Source: a phage. Taken from it: a stretch of 64,000 nucleotides of DNA. The translations under genes were made by a program, and so were the position numbers. The stretch is from the NCBI GenBank assembly GCA_025611195.1, contig GCA_025611195.1_4718.1; one strand, 5' to 3'. Positions 48,162-57,138 of the stretch are shown one piece after another (the stretch's first letter is position 1; every line of letters starts with the position of its first letter). The notes beneath the pieces are model-generated. The model saw only the letters and a list, made by a program, of their open reading frames with translations. It did no database searches and was not told the origin of the DNA.

Positions 48162-48671
48162 TCAAATGAAATTAATACGTGCGGCTGTCGAAACGAGTTC
48201 GCTTGTAAAGCAATGCTTACCGTCGGTGTTTACCGTGTATGTAAGTTTACAAACCTTAGCGGCAGGGTTAGCACCGATAACAAGGACGGTCGTCATATCG
48301 AACAGTTCCACACGTTGAAGAAATGCCGTATCGGCTACCTTCTGTAAACCGGTTGCTTCAAAATCGATGTGGTCGTTAAGAGGCACCAATTGGATTTCAA
48401 TGCGTTCTTTGAAAAGTTTAAACGTTACTGAAAACCGATGAGGTTCGGTATTAAGCCATAAAGGTCCACGTTGGAAGTGCTGATATGCTTCATTCGCGGT
48501 GTTCTCGAAAACCCAGCAGTCGTGGACAAGAGAAGCCTCTTGTAACGATGATTCCAGGTAGTCAAATACCTTGTTTATCGTTTTCTCAAGCATAGGCGCT
48601 AGTGAACCAGGGTATCCGGCAAATGCTGCTTCGGCAATCGATTTTATTGATACGATGTTGTTCTGACTCAT
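48162..48671 (-). CDS. small paralog array member P2 (~169 aa)
   Basis: start moved to ATG 48671 with AAGGAA SD; same size class and context. Confidence 0.55.
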   Translation of the reverse strand: MSQNNIVSIKSIAEAAFAGYPGSLAPMLEKTINKVFDYLESSLQEASLVHDCWVFENTANEAYQHFQRGPLWLNTEPHRFSVTFKLFKERIEIQLVPLNDHIDFEATGLQKVADTAFLQRVELFDMTTVLVIGANPAAKVCKLTYTVNTDGKHCFTSELVSTAARINFI

Positions 48672-48675
48672 TTCT

Positions 48676-49128
48676 TTATTCCTTGTTGGCTTCTTCAATG
48701 TGCTTGGTGTCGTAAGACAAATGCTGAATTAATTTTCTAGGTTCGATGAAAATACGACATGTGATAAACACATCAGGGTTGTATTGTTCCACGCAACGTC
48801 CGAAGGCTCGTTTTGCGGACTGACGCATCAATGTTAATTCCTGATCGTTCATCTCATCATCAAATTCGATGTGTATCGTGATTTTATCGGGAAATAAATA
48901 GATAGAGTAGTCGCTACCGATATCACCGTCGTCAAAACGATAATCGTTGTGGTAATGGTGGAGTTTACCTTCGTGTATCGTCTGGTACCACCCAACGATA
49001 CTATCAAGACCCATACCCAGGCGTCCGAATGCTTGAGTAATAACATCCTCAACGACGGATGCGGGCGTGGGACCATTGAATAGACGATCTAAGCGCTTTT
49101 TCATTGATTTGTCGGTTTTCATGTTCAT
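48676..49128 (-). CDS. small paralog array member P3 (~150 aa)
   Basis: start moved to ATG 49128 with AGGAAA SD; AFGRCVEQYNPDVFITCRIFIEP resembles family C-terminal motif. Confidence 0.55.
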   Translation of the reverse strand: MNMKTDKSMKKRLDRLFNGPTPASVVEDVITQAFGRLGMGLDSIVGWYQTIHEGKLHHYHNDYRFDDGDIGSDYSIYLFPDKITIHIEFDDEMNDQELTLMRQSAKRAFGRCVEQYNPDVFITCRIFIEPRKLIQHLSYDTKHIEEANKE

Positions 49129-49158
49129 TGTTTCTTTTCCTGTGTAGTCGGTATACAA

Positions 49159-49190
49159 CCCTTCCCCGGCCTGATGGCTAGGGAAGGGGC
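49159..49190 (-). terminator. hairpin CCCTTCCCC-loop-GGGAAGGGG inside the small-paralog array
   Basis: inverted repeat between P4 and P3. Confidence 0.45.
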
Positions 49191-49202
49191 TATGCTACGT
49201 TG

Positions 49203-49601
49203 TTATGCTTCGCAATCAGCTGAAGACGTCGCGCCTTTCTTACCAGCGATACGCCAAATCCGACACGCTGGATAATGGTTAACCTCTAGAGAGCAAGGAA
49301 TGTTATATTTCTCTTCCAGCGCATAAAGACATTTCGTTAGCTGCTCCAGCGCGTTCTCGTCGTGTCGTAACGCGTGGTGGCCTAATCGATGTTGGTCGTT
49401 CTTTATATACGCCTCGAAGAGAACATGTTGGCGATGTACGCTGACGTTTACAGCCTCGAGTATAGCTTGGTCGAGCATACGACTAAAGCACATCAACGAG
49501 TCAGATACGTTTTCTCGCTTAACCAGATCGATCATGGCGGGAATATACGAATGGTCGATGTTATCGATGACCGCTTTAGCGACGGAATCAGCAACGTTCA
49601 T
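49203..49601 (-). CDS. small paralog array member P4 (~132 aa)
   Basis: start at ATG 49601; N-terminus MNVADSVAKAVIDNIDH and C-terminus LEEKYNIPCSLEVNHYPA near-identical to P5. Confidence 0.65.
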   Translation of the reverse strand: MNVADSVAKAVIDNIDHSYIPAMIDLVKRENVSDSLMCFSRMLDQAILEAVNVSVHRQHVLFEAYIKNDQHRLGHHALRHDENALEQLTKCLYALEEKYNIPCSLEVNHYPACRIWRIAGKKGATSSADCEA

Positions 49602-49637
49602 CTTTTTAATCCCTAGTTTGTTATTGATCACGTATAT

Positions 49638-50033
49638 TTACTCTTTGACGTCAGTTGTCGTTTCGACATGCTTCTCACTACTGACGTACCAGAGCAGGTA
49701 CGCTGGGAAAAGATTGACCTCTAAGCTAAATGGGATATTGTATTTCTCTTCCATTTTACAGAGATGTTCTTTAATTAAATTTCTCGCGTCTCTGTCACCA
49801 CGAACAGAGTGCCAGTCTAGTTCTTTGTTCTCCTTTACCAGGACCTCTACGATGATACGTTGCTCGTGAACCTCGGTTTTCACAGTGAAAAGTAAATCGC
49901 TGCTATCAAAACGGGTAAAACGAATGTATGAACCAGGTGTTTTTTCTTGTTTAATAATATCGATCATGGTAGAAATGCGCGGATGATCGATGTTGTCGTT
50001 AACAGCTTTAACGATGGATTCTACAATGCTCAT
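49638..50033 (-). CDS. small paralog array member P5 (131 aa)
   Basis: MSIVESIVKAVNDNIDH...MEEKYNIPFSLEVNLFPA; tandem duplicate of P4. Confidence 0.65.
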   Translation of the reverse strand: MSIVESIVKAVNDNIDHPRISTMIDIIKQEKTPGSYIRFTRFDSSDLLFTVKTEVHEQRIIVEVLVKENKELDWHSVRGDRDARNLIKEHLCKMEEKYNIPFSLEVNLFPAYLLWYVSSEKHVETTTDVKE

Positions 50034-50065
50034 TTTTTATCCTTAATGTTATCGATTTGGAAATA

Positions 50066-50833
50066 TTACTTATTTTTGCTTTCTTTATAGACAGTTGTTA
50101 CCCACGATGGGAAAGCCGGATGGAAACAGAGCGTGAACGTAACTGTCGTATCGTATTTAAACGCGCAGTTCACTAACCGGGTATCGAACGTTTTCCTTAG
50201 ACCATCATCATCGTTATCGATGACAGCCATATCTCTTAATATCCCAAGCACGTTAACGCCGTCGAGTGTCTGGGTTACGACAAGTCGTCGTAATGGCCCG
50301 CATGTATAGTCACGTACAAATCCTTTCTTCGGGTCCGATACCCTGTTTAACGCATCGTGATTTTTGATGAATTCATCGGCGATACAATAGGTTTGTTCCC
50401 TTGCTTTATCGGGATCGTATTCTGCTAATAGTTCCTTCGTGTCGAACGTTATCATGTTATTATCATTCGATTCAGAAGGGAAACATAAAACTAAACGAAC
50501 AGGGTATTCGTATTGATCTGTTCTTGTTTCGAAAGCATTAGCTAGACACGGCTTGTATGCCTTTGCGTCGACATTGTCCAAACATGGATGCAATAATGCA
50601 TGAATAACGGCACCATCGTCAGTTAAACCGAATTCCAGAAATTGTACTTTATCAGTATCCGCTACGGTTTTCTGAAGATACGCTTTACCGTTTACGATAT
50701 CGGTATCCCACATATCGTCGTTTAACGATTCTTCAAACTTATCGAATATATGGTTTACGAGATTGACGAGTTCATCAATACGGCACTGTTGGTTGAATTC
50801 GATTAATCGCTGAACTTTATCTTTGATAGACAT
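50066..50833 (-). CDS. small paralog array member P6 (255 aa, possibly a two-domain fusion)
   Basis: contains AFETRTDQYEYPVRLVLCFPSE motif mid-protein and second related half. Confidence 0.6.
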   Translation of the reverse strand: MSIKDKVQRLIEFNQQCRIDELVNLVNHIFDKFEESLNDDMWDTDIVNGKAYLQKTVADTDKVQFLEFGLTDDGAVIHALLHPCLDNVDAKAYKPCLANAFETRTDQYEYPVRLVLCFPSESNDNNMITFDTKELLAEYDPDKAREQTYCIADEFIKNHDALNRVSDPKKGFVRDYTCGPLRRLVVTQTLDGVNVLGILRDMAVIDNDDDGLRKTFDTRLVNCAFKYDTTVTFTLCFHPAFPSWVTTVYKESKNK

Positions 50834-50835
50834 GA

Positions 50836-51294
50836 TTACCCCTTAGTTTCTTCTTCGTCTGGAGAGTACTCCATTGTGTAGAATTCATAACCATCGGAAA
50901 ACTTGAGTGTTAATGTAATAGGGAAATCGCACGGCATAGCTGATTTCGTAAACGCGTTATTAGCAACATCAGCCAACCGACGTATAGCATCAGTCCCGCT
51001 GACGCTGAACGGTAGTTGTATGTTGATAAGGATGCGGTGCTTGTAAACATGGAAAACAACGGTACTGTCAAGATAAACGCTATGGAACGGTATTGTTGGG
51101 ATGCGTTCCACGATGGTAAAATACGTCCCGTCATTATCGCTATGTCCCATCGACCAAATATCGGATTTGCGTAGATTTTGTTTGAGGGATTCGATACTTC
51201 GAGTGACGGTATCAACAACAGGCGTGACGTAAGTGTCTTTATGCGAGTCGAAAAGTTCGTTGACGTTAGATTCGAATGAATACATTGTTGCCAT
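50836..51294 (-). CDS. small paralog array member P7 (152 aa)
   Basis: C-terminus AFTKSAMPCDFPITLTLKFSDGYEFYTMEYSPDEE; start overlaps P8 stop (TAATG). Confidence 0.65.
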   Translation of the reverse strand: MATMYSFESNVNELFDSHKDTYVTPVVDTVTRSIESLKQNLRKSDIWSMGHSDNDGTYFTIVERIPTIPFHSVYLDSTVVFHVYKHRILINIQLPFSVSGTDAIRRLADVANNAFTKSAMPCDFPITLTLKFSDGYEFYTMEYSPDEEETKG

Positions 51295-51773
51295 TATTCT
51301 ACCTCTTTCTTCATCTTCATCGGAACAGAGAGTGCTGTTATCTCTGTTCCATTATCCGGTTCATACTCCAATGTAACGAGATTGCAGCCATCCGATAATT
51401 CATAATCGATCGCTAGGGGGAACGAGACACCGTGCGACTTTATGCATTTACCAAATGTCTCGTTGGCTGTATACATTAGAAGTTGCTTTGCGGCAAGCCC
51501 GTTTACGCTGAAAGGTAATCGTGCTGTCGCAGCGATACGATTATTGTAAACTCTGATATCGGTGATATCTACAATCGTAGCATTGCCGTGTTGTGTCGTT
51601 GGAACGGATAGGCTGTAGAAGTAAGGTTCGGAGTCGGAATCGGGCTCGTTAAATAATTCCCAGCACCCGTCCTCCTGCAATCTTACTTCGAGTATTTCAA
51701 AGCTTTTAATTATCGATTCTACCAGCTGCTCACCGTAAGAATCCCATGTCGTCATTTTTAACACCTTCGACAC
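51294..51773 (-). CDS. small paralog array member P8 (159 aa)
   Basis: C-terminus TFGKCIKSHGVSFPLAIDYELSDGCNLVTLEYEPDNG. Confidence 0.65.
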   Translation of the reverse strand: MSKVLKMTTWDSYGEQLVESIIKSFEILEVRLQEDGCWELFNEPDSDSEPYFYSLSVPTTQHGNATIVDITDIRVYNNRIAATARLPFSVNGLAAKQLLMYTANETFGKCIKSHGVSFPLAIDYELSDGCNLVTLEYEPDNGTEITALSVPMKMKKEVE

Positions 51774-51825
51774 CTTTTAACCGATGCGTGCCCCACCTAA
51801 CAAGGGACACGATATCGTTGATTAA

Positions 51826-52326
51826 TTACTCTTCTGTGTTTTCATTGTCAGGATCGTAATGGAATTCGAACAGCCCTGAACCGTCATGTCCGTTGATTGT
51901 TAGTATAACGGGCATATCGAATCCTCGGACGCGCGAATGAAAACACTGTGCTAATTTTAGTTTGGCGTATGCCGCTATTTCATTGACGGCAATACACGAC
52001 TCACCTGTTATACTCAGTATAACGTCGATACTAACAACGTTGTCGTGCAACGCAAAACGCCAGCGATCGATACGATTATTATCTTTAGCAGCTGTCTCGT
52101 TTACGAGATAGACTTTATCGTCAACTGACAAAGCAGGGCTCCAGCAACGTTCGTTTATTAAATTCGCCTGGAGTTTTAGTATCGTCTGATCAATAATATC
52201 CCAACACGCAACCAGTGTGGTGTCGGGCACTGAACAGAGAAGGGCGAGCACTTTATCCTTTATTTTAAGTGCTTCCACAGAGCGTCCGCAAATACCATGC
52301 ATTTCAACCTTCTTATTCATATTCAC
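51826..52326 (-). CDS. small paralog array member P9 (166 aa)
   Basis: C-terminus LAQCFHSRVRGFDMPVILTINGHDGSGLFEFHYDPDNE. Confidence 0.65.
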   Translation of the reverse strand: MNMNKKVEMHGICGRSVEALKIKDKVLALLCSVPDTTLVACWDIIDQTILKLQANLINERCWSPALSVDDKVYLVNETAAKDNNRIDRWRFALHDNVVSIDVILSITGESCIAVNEIAAYAKLKLAQCFHSRVRGFDMPVILTINGHDGSGLFEFHYDPDNENTEE

Positions 52327-52363
52327 CTCTTTCTTAATCTAAATGTTAGTTGGGGTGGGATGC

Positions 52364-52966
52364 TTACATGCTTTCTAGCATATTGACGATCATGGAACCC
52401 ATACCGAAACTCGGTCTCTCGCCAATGTACTCAGCAAGCTGACGATGAACGTCTTTTGGATTCCCTTCTTCACCGTCGGCGTCGATGTAAACCGAAAAAG
52501 AAAATGAATCGCAATCCACGCTGATAACCAGACGACGCTCATTGCGTTCCTTGAGTGTGTCGACAATAGCTGCTTTCAGTACTGCGATCGCGTTCATCGC
52601 GTGCAAGATATCTCCATCGGGTTTCGGCAGATCGATCTTTTCTTTCAGGTCGATATTGATGTTGGTTACAATTGGATTGAGGTCGACCTTGACATAATCG
52701 TTAGGGTACATGCGAATAATCGCACGATCGATATCTGAACCGTAAAAGTCAACACGCGGCTTTAACACTTCTTTGTTTGGATCCATGTTTTCATCCATAC
52801 CCGCCTGTAGAAAGCGTTCTACGTTATCCAGTTCACGATAGATTGACGCTTCGATTTCTTTCAGATAGTTGGCTGCGGTTTCATGTTCTTTACGCAGCTC
52901 GTCTTTAAGGAGCTGTACGGTGGTTTCACTGGAACGAATGCTGTTTGCGAACTGGGTAATTGACAT
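52364..52966 (-). CDS. small array gene P10 (~200 aa)
   Basis: start moved to ATG 52966 (AAGGAA SD) because the longer track ORF runs through the terminator at 53014-53043. Confidence 0.55.
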   Translation of the reverse strand: MSITQFANSIRSSETTVQLLKDELRKEHETAANYLKEIEASIYRELDNVERFLQAGMDENMDPNKEVLKPRVDFYGSDIDRAIIRMYPNDYVKVDLNPIVTNINIDLKEKIDLPKPDGDILHAMNAIAVLKAAIVDTLKERNERRLVISVDCDSFSFSVYIDADGEEGNPKDVHRQLAEYIGERPSFGMGSMIVNMLESM

Positions 52967-53013
52967 ATCGAATTCCTTAAATTCTCTTGAGTTCAATTGA
53001 TGATGAAAAGCTG

Positions 53014-53043
53014 TTAAAAAAATGGTGGGGTTCTCCCCCACCA
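53014..53043 (-). terminator. canonical intrinsic terminator: stem TGGTGGGG/CCCCACCA with U7 tract on minus-strand transcript
   Basis: inverted repeat 53023-53043 plus A7 on plus strand 53016-53022 immediately 3' (minus sense) of hairpin. Confidence 0.6.
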
Positions 53044-53066
53044 AAACGTCAGACACACGCAGAAAA

Positions 53067-53489
53067 TCAATTCAGTGATGCATACAACGCATAACGACTG
53101 TAGATTTCAACCGCTGGTCCATTATGCGTTAACAGACCATCTCGGTTGTAGTATTGGAAAAATGAATAACGTTTGTCGAAGTGATAAACGAAAGCAATGT
53201 CTTTGCCAAGACCTGTGATGTGCGGTCTGTTTTTATCTAGCAATGCTTTGACTTTTAACAGTGTTGCCGCACGCGCTTTAACATTAGGGATTAATCCATC
53301 ACAGTCGATATAAATCGTGTAACCTGTTTCTGATGCTGCGACAGTTGTATTGCGATTGACGCGAAAGATTTTTGTTTTGTATGTATCATCTTCAAGGATT
53401 GGGTTTTGTTTTTCGTATTTTCGTTTACGCAGAAATTCTACAACGGTAATATAGTTAGCGGTAATATGTCCGGTTATAGCTTGTAACAT
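53067..53489 (-). CDS. first gene of small array, P11 (140 aa)
   Basis: AAGAGGA SD; immediately downstream of promoter-like motif 53555-53578. Confidence 0.6.
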   Translation of the reverse strand: MLQAITGHITANYITVVEFLRKRKYEKQNPILEDDTYKTKIFRVNRNTTVAASETGYTIYIDCDGLIPNVKARAATLLKVKALLDKNRPHITGLGKDIAFVYHFDKRYSFFQYYNRDGLLTHNGPAVEIYSRYALYASLN

Positions 53490-53554
53490 CTTGACATCCT
53501 CTTATATTGGATTGATTACAGTTATCTTAAATAGGTGATAAGATATCTTGCTCT

Positions 53555-53578
53555 TATCACCTTAGTAATATAGTCGTG
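53555..53578 (-). promoter_or_regulatory. conserved early-promoter-like motif (minus-strand reading CACGACTATATTACTAAGGTGATA) followed by 5'-UTR inverted repeat AGGTGATAAG...CTTATCACCT (53533-53562)
   Basis: near-identical to 15865-15888; sits between hairpin 53618-53660 and start of P11. Confidence 0.5.
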
Positions 53579-53617
53579 AAATAGACTGCGTTAACAAGAA
53601 ATAAAAACAGCATAAAA

Positions 53618-53660
53618 CCTCCTCCCCCATCCTTCAAGAGGACGGTGGGAAGAGGGAGAG
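53618..53660 (-). terminator. degenerate copy of the pyrimidine/purine-arm hairpin element
   Basis: imperfect inverted repeat CCTCCTCCCCCATCC...GGACGGTGGGAAGAGGGAG after stop of 53664-54065. Confidence 0.35.
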
Positions 53661-53663
53661 AGA

Positions 53664-54065
53664 TTAAATGTCGTGGACGGCAATGCCGTTTAACCAGCAA
53701 TACAGCTTAACGCGACACGGATATCGCTTCGTTGCAGCAGCCATTTCATCGCGTAAACGCTGGTAGATTTCATCCTGGTGTTCACGTTCAATGGGGTAAT
53801 CAGCCCAACATTCGATCATGACGTCACCATTAGTCAAAATCGTCGTACGCATCCTGTCCTGGACACGACGATCTTTCCCAGCATTAGGGAAATACATTCC
53901 TTCAGTACGAATAAGGTCGCCACAGGGCATGACTAACCATTCGTTCGTTTTGCTGGTATTCTTATAATCCAATACAGCTTGCATTGCGGTGTCAACGCTA
54001 AAAGAAACATAATTCCAAACGGGGGTCCAACGATAGATTGCAGGTTGTTCAAGTGTTTCGTTCAT
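53664..54065 (-). CDS. hypothetical protein (133 aa)
   Basis: ORF. Confidence 0.55.
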   Translation of the reverse strand: MNETLEQPAIYRWTPVWNYVSFSVDTAMQAVLDYKNTSKTNEWLVMPCGDLIRTEGMYFPNAGKDRRVQDRMRTTILTNGDVMIECWADYPIEREHQDEIYQRLRDEMAAATKRYPCRVKLYCWLNGIAVHDI

Positions 54066-54117
54066 GAGGCGCTTTTCCTATTTTTTATTTTCTGCACAGG
54101 ATAAATTCAACGGCATA

Positions 54118-54152
54118 AAGCCCTTCCCTGCCCTTATATGGGGCGGGAAGAG
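54118..54152 (-). terminator. degenerate hairpin element (CCCTTCCCTGCCC-TTATAT-GGGGCGGGAAGAG)
   Basis: imperfect inverted repeat in 215-bp intergenic region. Confidence 0.35.
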
Positions 54153-54280
54153 TTTATGACCGCAATGAGAATCTCTCACGACAAGCTCACGACGATTATC
54201 GCATCACCCCGCGAGTGAGGGAGATCAGGATCACCTCCTACGTCGTAATGACAGCAATCCTGTTAACGTCGCCTTAGGCA

Positions 54281-54919
54281 TTATGCAAAGCGACGCATGT
54301 AACCTGCCAGATAGTTACGCGTATCGAAGTAGGCGATTTCAGGAATTGCGATATTAAGGTCGATAGCGCGGATTTCAACTTGGCGACGGCTTTCATCATA
54401 GATCGCATCCATCAGACGCAGTACTGTCAGGAAAGCCATGCGGGTATGGTAGTCCAGCGGCATGTTATCGATACCGCGATACAGATAACGGTTTGCGTTA
54501 AACGCCCCTTCACTGTTATCTTTCCAGATCTTCAGAATATCAGCAAAAGCGGCGCGGAAAACCTCAGGATTATCCACATCCAGTAACGCACGGAAGGCAG
54601 ACATCAAAGATCGCTGATGACGGATCAAGGACTGCGGCGTTTGCGGCATGGTCGGACCCATTTCTTCCGCATATTTCTGGAACGGGGCGACCAGGGTTGC
54701 GGCACGAGAAGCAACGATAGAAACAGCAGGCGATTCTTTCACCGCTGGTTTCGCAGGCTTTTCTTCAACGGTGGTTTCCTTCTTCTCAACAGCAACCGTT
54801 TCCGGTTGTGCTACAACGTTGTTGGTCGGAGCAGCAGTCGCACCATTTTCCACGGCGGTCTCTACTGCTGTAATCTTTTCTTCCATTTGTGCGGAACGTT
54901 GGTCTTTATTCTTGCTCAT
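54281..54919 (-). CDS. hypothetical protein (212 aa)
   Basis: ORF downstream of RNAP fragment gene. Confidence 0.6.
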   Translation of the reverse strand: MSKNKDQRSAQMEEKITAVETAVENGATAAPTNNVVAQPETVAVEKKETTVEEKPAKPAVKESPAVSIVASRAATLVAPFQKYAEEMGPTMPQTPQSLIRHQRSLMSAFRALLDVDNPEVFRAAFADILKIWKDNSEGAFNANRYLYRGIDNMPLDYHTRMAFLTVLRLMDAIYDESRRQVEIRAIDLNIAIPEIAYFDTRNYLAGYMRRFA

Positions 54920-54944
54920 GTCTATTTCCTTTCATTTAACAAGG

Positions 54945-56246
54945 TTAACTAATATAAAGTTCAGGATCGTAAGGCGCTAATGATACACTGGCGTTATGCA
55001 TTGCTTTCATCATAGTGTTCATGAAAACGTTGTTTACACCGGTGATCTCTGCCCCGATCGCGTCTGGGGTTGGAGCCATCGCGTTACCGCAACAGGTAGC
55101 ACAGTATTCCAATGGACCTGCTTTACAGCGCTGAGGATCGCGTAACTTGATGGTTTGTCCTTCCAAGGAAGCGAGTAATTCAGCATCAATAAGTTTAAGC
55201 GCTGCGCCGTCGATCATGTAACGGCCGACAAGTAGCTTATCTTTGATGTGGTCGCGGTTTACCGTGAACAGAATATGTTCTTGGGTGCCGCAGTCGTCCA
55301 TCGTGATTTTAAGGTTCTGTGTTGCGCGTTGTGATTCTTTAGCCGTTTGTCCAGCTAAAGCGGTCAACGCACCACGTGAGAACGAACCAGCACGTGCACT
55401 GTTGTTGTACTCCGCCCAATGGTCGACACGCATCCCTTCAGCCAGGCTGTGTGTGATAACGTTACGTTTACCAGGGTCAACGAAGTCAGCCTCAACCCCC
55501 ATCATGATGTGCGTTTTCTTTCGAGTATTACCGAAACTCTTGCCAGGGTTAATATAGAACCCTTCCGATTCATCGCCCTTAAAGGATTCCTTATCCATTT
55601 TGGTTAGCGTGGCTTCGAGTTTGATCAGTTCTTCAGGCGTGAACTTACCTTCCTCTTGCAAACGCGCTAACTCTTTATCACGATAGGCAATAATATCATC
55701 GTCGACCGTTAACGCTTTATCGCTCATCGATGGCACAATCAAACGGTTGATAGCGGTTAATGCGCTGATATTGTTGGTGAATTTCTTCACTTCGCTTGCG
55801 TATAGCGGGCCAATCGGACGTTCGTTAGGATCGGGTATTCCCTCTTCAGGGTCGTCTGCTACGCGTGGCGCAATCAGTGATTCTAGTGTACCGCTGGTCA
55901 ACCGTCCTGCCTGATATTCAATCTGAATACCGAAAGCATCATAAAGGACGTACATATTGAACAACGCTTCACCGAAGGTTGTGGCGGTTGTGTTCTTAAC
56001 CGACGGTAGATCACCAGGTGCAAGCTCCAACGGCTCCCAGAAATTCAACAAGGGTTTTGTTGGTTCTGTTTCCCATTGGTGTTCTTCACCGTCGATGGTA
56101 ACCGTAACGATGTTACCTTGACGACGTAATTTAGGCTGATACTTCTCAGCACCGCCTTCCGTAAAAGCAAATGCGTCGTTAATCCATTCAAGATAACGGT
56201 AGTGCCCTTCACGCAACGCGTAAAGGAAATAATCACGAGGTGTCAT
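54945..56246 (-). CDS. multisubunit RNA polymerase beta-prime-like fragment (bridge helix to start of trigger loop), 433 aa
   Basis: ARAGSFSRGALTALAGQTAKESQRATQNL resembles bridge helix ([22 protein letters not shown]); LRDPQRCKAGPLEYCATCCGNAMA...DAIGAEITGVNNVFMNTMMKAMH resembles LRSPxTC...CxxCYGxDLA...[24 protein letters not shown] of bacterial RpoC (recalled from memory). Confidence 0.65.
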   Translation of the reverse strand: MTPRDYFLYALREGHYRYLEWINDAFAFTEGGAEKYQPKLRRQGNIVTVTIDGEEHQWETEPTKPLLNFWEPLELAPGDLPSVKNTTATTFGEALFNMYVLYDAFGIQIEYQAGRLTSGTLESLIAPRVADDPEEGIPDPNERPIGPLYASEVKKFTNNISALTAINRLIVPSMSDKALTVDDDIIAYRDKELARLQEEGKFTPEELIKLEATLTKMDKESFKGDESEGFYINPGKSFGNTRKKTHIMMGVEADFVDPGKRNVITHSLAEGMRVDHWAEYNNSARAGSFSRGALTALAGQTAKESQRATQNLKITMDDCGTQEHILFTVNRDHIKDKLLVGRYMIDGAALKLIDAELLASLEGQTIKLRDPQRCKAGPLEYCATCCGNAMAPTPDAIGAEITGVNNVFMNTMMKAMHNASVSLAPYDPELYIS

Positions 56247-56259
56247 GTAACAACTCCTT

Positions 56260-57138
56260 TTAAACGTGGGTCAGGTCACCGTGACGTGAAACGAACTCTG
56301 ATAACGCTCGGGTTGCTTCTTTGGATTCTTCAACCATCGGGAAGTTTGTGGTAACAAGTTCTCGTAGGACAGGAATGATTTCATTATCTTCGAGATCGGA
56401 AGCTAACGCGAATGCGATCAGTTCTTGGGCGTACGCATACGGCTGCTGACGTAATGCGGCAAGCTGATTCCGACACTGCGACATTAGCAGGTCCAGTGGA
56501 ACCGCTATTGTACCCCCTTCATCAATATACTGACCGAATACCGGTGGGAACGCATCGCTGATTACACGAATTCGTCGACGGATGCGATCAGGAATCTGGA
56601 CGTTTTCTTCGTCGGCGATATTTTCGCTGTCTTTCTCCAGCTTCTTGGTTAACACCTGCTGGATACGTGGGAGCAAGCTTGAATGCACGAAACTGATTAA
56701 TGATGCTACGTCCACAGCATCGACACCGTAAATATAACGCGTGCATTCCGCTAGCGTTTCAGCTGCGGTGTAGTCTTCATCTTCAACGATGGCGAGTAGA
56801 AAAGCGGTATCGTCGTGTGTTTCCAGGTCTAATAACGTAGACGTCAACGCATGAAGATATTTCAGGCTATCCAAAGATAGTTGCCCTTCGTTAACTCGGA
56901 TCCCGAAGGCAAGCAGTTGTTGTTTATAAAGTTCGATACATCCGTTTGTTAAAATGATATCGAGTTCGTTTAAATCGTATTGTTCCCCAGCACCTGACAA
57001 CATCGTACTACAAAACGTTTCCAGTTGCTCGCATTTAAAATCTTGGTATAAACGATGCATGCAGTGCTGTAACAGCGTACGCCTTGTTTCAGGGATCTTA
57101 CCTTCTAACAAAGCCAAGACGGAATCAATCATATCCAC
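56260..57138 (-). CDS. hypothetical protein (292 aa)
   Basis: ORF directly upstream (in transcript sense) of RNAP fragment gene. Confidence 0.65.
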   Translation of the reverse strand: MDMIDSVLALLEGKIPETRRTLLQHCMHRLYQDFKCEQLETFCSTMLSGAGEQYDLNELDIILTNGCIELYKQQLLAFGIRVNEGQLSLDSLKYLHALTSTLLDLETHDDTAFLLAIVEDEDYTAAETLAECTRYIYGVDAVDVASLISFVHSSLLPRIQQVLTKKLEKDSENIADEENVQIPDRIRRRIRVISDAFPPVFGQYIDEGGTIAVPLDLLMSQCRNQLAALRQQPYAYAQELIAFALASDLEDNEIIPVLRELVTTNFPMVEESKEATRALSEFVSRHGDLTHV

